NCBI GenBank assembly: GCA_027604505.1
Contig: JADIIX010000113.1
Span: forward strand, 51,678-71,677
Direction: 5' to 3'
Length of the DNA stretch: 20,000 bases
Source of the DNA: Gonapodya sp. JEL0774
Lineage: Eukaryota
Positions 11,575 to 20,000 of the stretch are shown here, one piece after another. Below the pieces are notes generated by a model that was given only the letters and a program-made list of their open reading frames with translations, searched no databases and had not been told where the DNA came from. The position numbers were made by a program, and so were the translations under genes. How positions within the stretch are numbered: the stretch's first letter is position 1; each line of letters starts with the position of its first letter.

Positions 11575-14187
11575 ATGCAGAAGCGAAGAAGAAACTCCCC
11601 CTCCTCGTCTGATGACAATGAAGACGCTGTCCATCAAACTTCAGCACCGAAGAATATCCGGAGAGTGAGGAAAGGTGAGACGTGATTGGTGGTGCACCTC
11701 CCGAACTAGGTTCCTCAACCTGCTTTTTGTGGGGTCCAAAAGCGTGCGATTACTGTAGAAGGGAGCATCAACGATGTGATGGAATCGAACCTACTTGTGG
11801 GAGATGTAGGAAAAAAGGTCTCGTGTGTGCTTGGGGTATGTCCTCGTTTTTTGTCCCCCATCCTCACCCCATCAGCCCAACCGACTCAGCTTATCTTTTT
11901 CACCTCCCCGGATCACAACCTCTCCGATATCTCGCATTTCAAATCGCAGGATGTGAGCGGCGGCAGAATGGCCCCAGAAAAGGATGGATAGAAGACCTTC
12001 GTACCCGTGTGGAATCGCTGGAAGCTCGACTGCTCGAAACAGTCATCTTGGAAGTCCCCTCGCACTCGGCCGCTATACTGTCTCGGCTTACTGAAGAAGA
12101 CATCAGAGTTGGAACGAGAATGGGAAACGGTCCCAGGAACTATATTGACGATTCTCTCTCACGCCTACACGCCACCCTGGAAAGTTTTGCGGCGGTTTTG
12201 GAACATCGGAGACAATATTCGGCGTCGAAAGCGGCTTCGGAATGTCCACCGAACGTGCCGTTGGAGTACAGTACGCGTGACGATGAGGAACCTGAACATG
12301 TGACACCAGTCGTCCATTCACATGCAACAGCAGAAGAAGACATCAACACGATAGATGAATTCCATATTCAGCGCGATATTCCTGGTCGTCGATTGTCCAT
12401 GTTGAACAGGAATCCGCGAAGTCTGGACACGCATGCATCACCAAAACTTGCGATTCCACGATCAGTAGATATATTTCAGGACTTGGAACCTCTACCGCCG
12501 GTGCAGGTATTGAACGATCTTATTGGTCGTTACTTCAAGGTTACTTGGGAGTTCCCAGATGTGCAACCAGGGTATCGCATGATCGATCCGCAAAGTTTCT
12601 CCTCCAACTTTTCTACTCAACATCCCCTACTTATTTACTCGATGATGTCGACATCAGCTGCTGATCGTGGCTTCCCACAGTGAGTTAATTCCTGAACGTC
12701 TGAGTTTCTACTGGAAAAACGCTACCCTTCTTTCTCGTTCTTGTTGCAGTCCCGATCGACTGAAGATTTCGGCATCTTTGCTGGCCCGGTGTAAGCGTAT
12801 TCTTTTCGAGTCTCTCGACAGCCCATATCAAGGAGTATCGGTGGTACAAGCTCTACTTGCTTTTTGTCGAGGATTGCACGCCCAACACGTGGACCGGTGA
12901 GCGTTCCAGCAAATTGATTGCAGGTTACCGATTGAAATCTTTACCCGTGAATGTCTTTGTAACAGCGAACTTTGGTCGGGTGTGTTCGCCGTTTGCATCA
13001 GCAAAGCGAAGGAGCTGGGATTGACCAGGGAGTTTGGATCTCCGGAAGAGGCCCTCCTCTGGCCTCCTGACGATAATGCTATCAGTGGAATAGAAGAGCG
13101 CGAGCGCACAGGTTCGGTCTCCCTTTAAACCGATCGGGGCCAAAATCGATGTCATAAGTTAACATGTTCTGAAATTTCAACCGTTTCAGCACGAGGTAAG
13201 AACTGTTTGAATTGCGAACATTAGCTGTTCTTCATCTGGCCCTGGCGTTCACACATTTCATTCAGGTTTATATGCCTTCGACTTGATTTCCTCCCTTCTG
13301 TCTCCAAACTCTCATCCGAGTGCTCTTTGGGACGAGACACCATTTGCTGGGTCGCGCGCGTCTTTGACCGAGCTACTTGCTTCTCTTTACACCTCCTTCA
13401 ATCCTCAAAGCTCGTTTCCTGTGGCTGTGCCAATGGTAGTTATGGTGAGATCTATGCTGCCATATCGGCGCAAGGACAGAATTCATGATGTGGGAGAGGT
13501 CGCAAGTCTAGAGAAACAATTGGTGAGTATTGGTTTGATTCTGAGGAGGATTATGCATAGTCTTAGATCTTGTTTCCCGCCTTATTCTCGCCCCACGCAC
13601 TACTTCCACAATTTAAGACGTTGTGGTACAACGCGTTTGTCGCTGTCTACCCAGAAGCTGGTCTCAATCCTCCGCCACCCTCGATTGATCCAGGCGTCGC
13701 CCAACGCCTTGTCTTGTATCACACAGCAGCAATTCATTTATCTGCACCGGGGTGGTCTTGGGATGATGTTGTCCAAGCACCGGAGGATTTCAGCAAGGTC
13801 CTGGCACATGCCAAGTACATCCACAACATTTTCCGAAACCAGATGAGTGGGCGTGAATTTCTATCTCCCGTACTCCCGTATTGCTTGTTTGTGGCTGCGC
13901 AGGTGTCTATTGTTGCGATAAAACGTCAGTGAGCTGGGCCTTGTGATGTGCTTTATCTGCTGATTCTGACAAAATCCGCCTCAGGTTTGACCCCAGAGTC
14001 CATTGCCGACGTTCAATTCGTGATGCAAGAGCTTTCTCGTGTCAAGGATCGATTCATCGCCTTAGAAGAGCTTCTAGAAATGCTACAGGAACGTTTGGAC
14101 ACCGCTGTGGAGGACATGAAACGGGCGCTTGAGCTTATGTGGATCAATCCTGTCATGGAAACAGCAGCGATCGATTTACAGTTTTGA
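11575..14187 (+). CDS. Zn(II)2Cys6 (Gal4-type) transcription factor with fungal-specific TF middle domain (copy 1)
   Basis: Exon 1 (11575-11674, MQKRRRN...RRVRK) splices to ACDYCRREHQRCDGIEPTCGRCRKKGLVCAW (C-x2-C-x6-C-x6-C-x2-C-x6-C). It is followed by a dimerisation helix (IEDLRTRVESLEARL) and middle-homology-like segments (LPPVQVLNDLIGRYF, SVVQALL, ERERTARGLYAFD). Stop TGA at 14185-14187. Confidence 0.88.
13190..13195 (+). other. 6-nt microexon (cacgag) of the Zn2Cys6 TF gene
   Basis: The sequence reads tttcag|cacgag|gtaaga, flanked by 78- and 70-nt introns. It yields RERTARGLYAFD, which has the spacing of the RRRxxWxxYxxD motif of fungal TF domains. Confidence 0.6.
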
Positions 14188-14438
14188 CTTAATTCGTCAT
14201 TTGATCCTGCCGATTTTGTTGTTTTCGAGGCCACTATTATTCCATTGTACATTATCTTTCAATACACTACCAGCAAATCAATTACACTCCCTGGAAGCGG
14301 GCGCTCGAGCTTATGTGGATCAATCCTGTGATGGAAAAAGCACTGACCCTGTTTTATTTGATCCTGCCGAGTGTTTTGTTTTCGAGCGCACTATAGTTCC
14401 AGTGTACATTATCTTCAATACACTACCAGCAAAAAAAA
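14122..14438 (+). repeat. Imperfect tandem duplication of the TF copy-1 C-terminus and 3' UTR
   Basis: 14122-14277 (cgggcgcttgagcttatgtggatcaatcctgtcatggaaa...atttgatcctgccga...tgtacattatctttcaatacactaccagcaaa) recurs at 14298-14433 with substitutions and a deletion around the stop codon. Copy 2 runs into A8 (14431-14438). Confidence 0.92.
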
Positions 14439-14534
14439 CTGTTCTGTATTTCTCCTGCCTACAAGTAAGAATGACGGTGGACAGAGGAGCGGGGAAGAGA
14501 AGATATAGAGGAGAACGAACGAGGAGAAAGCGTG

Positions 14535-16060
14535 TCATAAGTTCGAGGTGACTGCTTTCCCCAGCTCCCTTCCTATCGCTTCCTCAACCATCTTTATCGC
14601 ATCGTAGCCCCAAGCAAGTTTATAAAGCCTTAGGAGCAACGGTGCAAAGAGGTGGTTACAGTCAGTTCCGTACCAAAGCGCGCAATATGTAAAACTCACT
14701 CGGGGACTTCATTCCACTTCTTCTTCGCCAAGTCATCTCTTTTCATCTGTTCCGGGCCATCGTGCAAGTGATATTTCTTCCTGCTGGCATCCGCACCACT
14801 CTGAATCTGCGCTGTTCGTGGCAGGCGGAGTTCTTCATAGACCTTAAGACCCCTTTCGACGCCGAGAGCAGAGACAGATCGAGCAAGCACTACGGCATCC
14901 TCGAATGCGGTTGCAGCGCCTTGCGCGAGGTACGGGAGCATGGCGTGACTGGCGTCACCCAAGAGACACGTGCGACCGCGCCTCCAGGTTTTCAGAGGTG
15001 CTCGCTTGGCCAGTTTCCACTTCTTAAAGTCCTCCCCCAAAGAGAGAAGTTTGAGTAACAGAGGACTTGGGTTGGAAAAGAGAAAGCAAGAGAAGCTTCA
15101 ATAGAGTCTGATTCACTCGAAAGTTGATAACGTGCGCACCTCCATCCTTGAAAGATTTTCAAGACCTCATCCAAGCTGCCATCAGCATTCCAGCTCTCTA
15201 CGGATTCGGAATCGTCTGGACAAATCGCGACCACATTCACGATCTTCCCCGATCGAATCGGATCTGCGGGGAATTCGTGTATTGTTGGTGAAATCGTGAA
15301 AGAGAACAGCACCATCTCATGTACACTCACACATCACAATGTGCTTGTCCGGGCCCCAGTAGTGCGAAGACGCCGGTTCCAAGGCAAATGCGAGCTCAGA
15401 ATGCTGACGAATCTTGTCAACGGGAATCAGAAAACGGAAGGCCTGATCCCCAGACGGCTTCGCGTTATCACTTTCACCGGTAACAGCTTTTTTCAATACG
15501 CTTCGCACGCCGTCAGCGCCAACTATGAGGTCGCCTCGGAATGTTCGACCACCTTCACAGCCAACGATCACCTTTTCGCAATCCACTGAAGTGACTATAC
15601 TGTTAGTGAGTACCTCGACCGGCAGCCCTGGGTGGGCTTTTGATGTCGGTGCAATGGCCGCATCGAGAAGGCTCTTGTGTACATCAGCACGGTGAACGTC
15701 AAGTCCCGGGTATCCATAAACATTTTCTGTATAACCCCAAGGTTCGAGCTGAATAGGAGCCCGGTTGTCCCAGCGATACGTCCGGTTGTTGAGTGGCTTA
15801 CAGCCGTACTTCTCAATCTCCTGACGCAGGCCGAGGAATGTGAGGATGCGCGTGCCGTTTGGAGGAACCTGTCCAAATGGCGGTGCGCTCTGCATTGGCA
15901 CTCCAAAATGCCAAAGAACATCTTCTCTCACCCGTATCCCAGCACCAACTTCCCCAATCACAGGTGCTTGCTCGAGGACAGTCACGCTCCATCCCTCTCT
16001 GCGAAGCGCTAGTGCTGCAGCAAGCCCTCCCAACCCAGCGCCTACGATGACTGCATGCAT
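14535..16060 (-). CDS. FAD-dependent aromatic monooxygenase (salicylate hydroxylase / hydroxybenzoate hydroxylase-like, group A)
   Basis: MHAVIVGAGLGGLAAA (GxGxxG), HRADVHKSL, GDLIVGADGVRS (DG motif) and LLGDASHAMLPYLAQGAATAFEDA (GD motif). The inferred last exon reads LYKLAWGYDAIKMVEEAIGRELGKAVTSNL*, with the stop at 14537-14535. Confidence 0.9.
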
Positions 16061-16561
16061 GGTTGATGTGTGATTATGTATACATTGGATCGGTGCGCGC
16101 TCGTGCTTTTCATTGTTTTCGGAACTAAAACCAACCCAGAACCGCACAGGTGGATGATCGAAGATGGACACCTCCCAAGCCACCCACCCACGCTTCAAAA
16201 TAAATCGAATGAATCCGCTGATGTATTTAGCCGGTATTATTCCCTGATCAAAAGTCCGGGTTTACAAATGCACACCAAATATATCCCACTTCTACCACTG
16301 TCCCCCCAGTCAAGATCAAATGATTGGAATTTGAAGTTTTTTTGTCGAGTGCTTGATGAGAAAATCAGGTCCTAGGCACAGATTGTAGTGAGGTTGTCAG
16401 GTGTCTCCCGCGCGGGATAGGAGCATAATCCACACGAAGCCGATACTAGTAGACCCTTCATAATGAGATGATTCTCTTCAATCAAAATTTCCTCTACATA
16501 AGTCTCGATCCTCCGATCGCGGTTATCATCCCCGGTACTCCTACTTTCGTTCTGTTCAAGC
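16061..16561. promoter_or_regulatory. Divergent promoter region between monooxygenase and MFS transporter genes
   Basis: 501-bp intergenic region between divergent ATGs. It contains several CGG/CCG triplets, e.g. ccggtatt (~16231) and CGGttatcatcCCG (~16520-16533). Confidence 0.35.
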
Positions 16562-18999
16562 ATGAGTGCTCCCGAAAAAGAGCTCATCGTGGGGGGTGAA
16601 ACGACTACGACTACTTGGACCAGGGAGGAAGAAGCGGCACTTGTGCGCAAATTGGATTGGAGGCTCATGCCCCAGGCGGTTACAATGCTCTTTCTGGCTT
16701 ATTTGGAGTACGTACTGCCGGTATTCTTGGCATTCATTTCTCCTTTTCCTCTCCTGACATTTCTCCCGCTAGCCGAGGCAATATCTCGAACGCTCGAGTT
16801 GTAAATATTGGAACTCCCCAAGGCTTCGAAGTAGAGCTTGGATGTGAGTTCATACCCGATGATGTTTTTGCCCTTTCCACTCACACGTAGCCCGTAATAG
16901 TATCCAACAACGATTTCCAACTCACACTCTCAATTTTCTTTGTAACATACATTGTTCTTGAGGTATGTTGCCTCGGTGTTGCCAGCTCGAAAAAGCGAGG
17001 TAGGACTCAACTGGTCCGGATCCGATAGGTTCCCAGCAATTTGATGCTGTAGGTGCTCCAAATGAGGAAAAACCTCGTGCAATTGATCTTCAAGCATTGG
17101 AAGGTAACTGGCTTTACTTATTAACAGCAAACGTGTCACACCGAGGCTCTGGTTTGCGCGCATTATGCTCACTTGTCGGTACCGGAACCTCGCCATTCGC
17201 CTTCTGTTCGGTTTCCGCTCACGCCTCGTTTATTTTGTCAGGGGGAATTGTTTCAGGTTGCCAGGCTGCCTGCTCCAATCTTGCGGGTGTTCTCGTTTGC
17301 AGACTTTTAGTCGGTGCTGCTGAAGCAGGGCTCCTTCCGGGACTTCTTTTTTGGATCAGGTAATCCACAACGACTTCTTGTCTTTGTTGTAGCGTTACGC
17401 GTTTCTCTCAACTAACTCGTTTGTGTAGCTTCTGGTACCGCAAATACGAAATTGCATCCAGAACTGCACTCATTCATAGCATGACTTCTTTTTCCGGCGC
17501 AGTCTCTGGGCTTCTTGCCTCTGCTATTGCTCAAATGAACGGCGTTGGTGGTCTTTCCGCATGGCGATGGATTTTCATTGTGAGTAGTCTTCACATTCAT
17601 CCGTTTTGTTCCCCCCCTTCTAACTCATTTCGTCGGGTACTAGATTGAGGTATGATTTCGAAAGCTGAATGCCTTGTGTGCTCTATAGAACGATTACTCA
17701 ATTTTGCAGGCTATTCCATCGATTTTGATGACTTTTGTCGTTGTTTTTCTGTTACCGGACTTCCCACACACCGCCAAAAACTTCCTTGTGCGTTATTTTT
17801 TATCACTTACATATTTGATTGTTCCGCTGACCGTTTCTTCTTCAGACTCAACGGGAGACGCAAATCGCCATCGCCCGGCTTCCACCGTCGGCCCCAAGTC
17901 ACTTGCAAAAGCACTTCGATATTACGGAGCTTATCGCAATGCTCACGGATCCCATGATGCACCTCTACGCGTTCGCCTTCGCTATTGGTGTGCTTCCCCA
18001 ATTGGGCCTTGCATACTTTTTGGTAAGTACGCCATGGATTCATCCGCATATGCTTATGTTCAGAGTGATGTCGTTGATTTGCAGCCGACCATATTGAGTG
18101 GCATGGGCTTCACAGGTGTTTATGCGAATCTCATGAGTGCATGGCCGAAGTGAGAGATCTGACAGTGTATTCGGCATCTTGTCTTCCGTTTCTGAGAATT
18201 TCATTGTCTTGTCCAGTCTTTGGGGTTTCTTGTTTGATATTTTTATGGGCTTCCACGGTGACTATCGGAAGGAGCGAGTGCTCCATATCATTGTTCCGGT
18301 ATGTTGCGGAGTTCCCACTCCATGTTCCGCTTTCCTAATGTTTCTATGTTCAACCCAGTCGGTGATTTCCATGGTCGGCTTCATCTTGCTTACTGTGTCT
18401 GCCAGAGGTGGATGGTCCACTGCCCTGCGGTATTTCTTCACGTTTATGGCTGCAAGTGGAATTGGTGGTAAGTGGACGGTTTTTGGTTTGACAGAAGTCA
18501 TGACATCTCTCATTTACCATACTTCACATTCGTTAGTCGCTCCTGCGTGGTACGCATGGAGGCAGAATATGCTCGTTGGGGCGACTGCGAACGCTTTTTC
18601 TGTTGGTGAGGGAGTAGATCTCTTTGTGTTGACGAGATATCTCTGAAAGTATCTGGTGACAGCTTATCTGGGAACGATTCTCAACATATCGGGGGCTGTT
18701 GCGCCTTACATTTACCCAACAAGTAATGCCCCGCTCTACACAATGGGTGGAATTGTAAGCTCTTGTTGCTGGGCGGCATCCATATTTGGAGTGTTCCTCA
18801 TTTATCTGTGAGTGACATGACTTAGTTCGCCTTCTTGCAATGAATTATCCTTACATGGCGTTTGCTGCTACGTAGTTACGACGAGCATCGTCGGAAGGCG
18901 GGCTTCTATGATGCCATCGAACAAGAGGCAAAAAGCGAGATCGACCGTCTCAATGCCATGTATCTTGCTGCTGAGGGAAAAAACAGATCCGATTTATGA
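16562..18999 (+). CDS. MFS transporter, anion:cation symporter (Dal5/Tna1-like) family, many small exons
   Basis: EEAALVRKLDWRLMP, spliced LDRGNISNA, EVPSNLML, CRLLVGAAEAGLLPG, SFWYRKYE, FSGAVSGLLASAIAQMNGVGGLSAWRWIFIIE and LLPDFP. The last exon ends NRSDL* at 18997-18999. Confidence 0.9.
17644..17649 (+). other. 6-nt microexon (ATT GAG, Ile-Glu) of the MFS gene
   Basis: The sequence reads tag|attgag|gtatga. It supplies the IE of the conserved WRWIFIIE motif, between the exon ending WRWIFI|gtgagt and the exon starting cag|AIPS. Confidence 0.75.
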
Positions 19000-19445
19000 A
19001 GATTCCTCCAGCTTTCTTTATCGTATGACGAGCTTAATAAATAGCACCAATTGTGAAATTTGTTTACTATGTCTTGAAAGAAGCATTGGGGCTAGGCTAC
19101 TTGGGCAGCCGCTCGCACATAAAGCCGTAGCGTAGGGGATCGGTCCCACCCGATCTGCCAACAATGGCGTCTGCCAAACCAGACTACATTGGGGCGCGCC
19201 GAACAACGTTGGAAATAAGGAACAACAGACTGAACCGCGGCGGCTCTCCTCTCGTTATTCCTTCTTTCTAACTTTCTGCGCTTCAAGACGGTGTCGCTGG
19301 CCAATTTTGAATAACGCTCGCAAAATATAGGTTCGGTGATGGAGTGGAAGACTGAATGAGGCAATTTACCCCTGAGGAAACAACGGGTCTGAACGAAACA
19401 AGGCAGCTCGAACTACAGTGAATTGTATACAATAAAATGGAGGAG

Positions 19446-20000
19446 TCAAAATTCTGCACTGTTTGCACATTCTGTTGTGCCCGGTTCACGCCATAGAAGC
19501 GTGATTGCTCGGTTTACCTCGCTCATTGCGGAATCCAAGCGGCCCTGCAGCGTCCTTACAAGCTCTTCTAAAGCTATGAATCGGTCCTTGATTTGAGAAA
19601 GCTCATGCATGACGAATTGAACGTCGGCTATGGACTCGGGGGTCAAACCTGAGATAGTGTTTGTCAGGACAAGGGAATTTATGAAACCTGTCATGCATGA
19701 CAAGATTTGGCTCACTCACTTTTAATCGCGACAATAGACACCTGCGCGGCCACAAACAGGCAGTAAGGAAGTACTGGTGAGAGAAATTCGCTCCCGCAGA
19801 TCTTGTTTCGGAAAAGGTAGTGTATGCATTTAGCGTGAGCAAGAACCTTGTTAAAATCTTCAGGTGCTCGGACAAGATCGTCCCAAGACCACCGCGGCGC
19901 AATCAAATGAATCGCTGCTGTGTGATACAAAACAAGGCGTTGGGCGACGCCTGGATCAATCGAGAGTGGCGGGGGATTGAGACCAGCTTCTGGGTACACA
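19446..20000 (-). CDS. 3' end of a paralogous fungal transcription factor (copy 2), 5'-truncated by the window edge
   Basis: YPEAGLNPPP...VSIVAIK is 79/92 aa identical (hand count) to the matching exon of the 11575-14187 TF. It has the same phase-1 intron before LTPESIADVQFVM. Stop at 19448-19446. Its Zn-cluster domain is not visible in the window. Confidence 0.85.

Noticed and set aside
14122..14438. Possible CRISPR array or LTR pair
   Set aside because: Only two diverged copies 20 bp apart, derived from the TF gene end. There are no spacers, cas genes or retroelement ORFs, and the context is eukaryotic.
14129..14551. 140-aa ORF downstream of the TF
   Set aside because: Runs through the duplicated 3' UTR and has no protein-like features.
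17096..17104. Possible 9-nt microexon (aag|cattggaag|gtaact) in the MFS gene
   Set aside because: The downstream intron would be only about 23 nt, and direct splicing already gives the expected SNLMLKRV motif.
13640..20000. Inverted TF copies as terminal inverted repeats of a mobile element
   Set aside because: The similarity is confined to coding exons with diverged introns and UTRs, and no transposase is present.

Overview
Eukaryotic, intron-rich fungal genomic DNA (GT..AG introns, mostly 50-220 nt). It holds no prokaryotic features, and most ORFs in the track are exon fragments or antisense shadows. Manual splicing gives nine genes. (1) The 3' part of a CHS7 chitin-synthase export chaperone. 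(2,3) A head-to-head pair of paralogous uncharacterised proteins, each with two copies of an unusual ankyrin-like/Trp-rich module, a coiled coil, a Pro-rich linker and a C-terminal SH3 domain. (4-9) A compact putative flavonol/hydroxybenzoate catabolic cluster: a secreted quercetin 2,3-dioxygenase divergent from a fumarylacetoacetate-hydrolase-family gene, a Zn2Cys6 transcription factor, a salicylate-hydroxylase-like FAD monooxygenase divergent from a Dal5/ACS-family MFS transporter, and the 3' end of an inverted paralog of the same transcription factor. Smaller signals are two 6-nt microexons, a tandem duplication of the TF 3' end that finishes in an A8 run, and CGG clusters in the divergent promoters. 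All exon boundaries are hand-inferred and have no transcript support.
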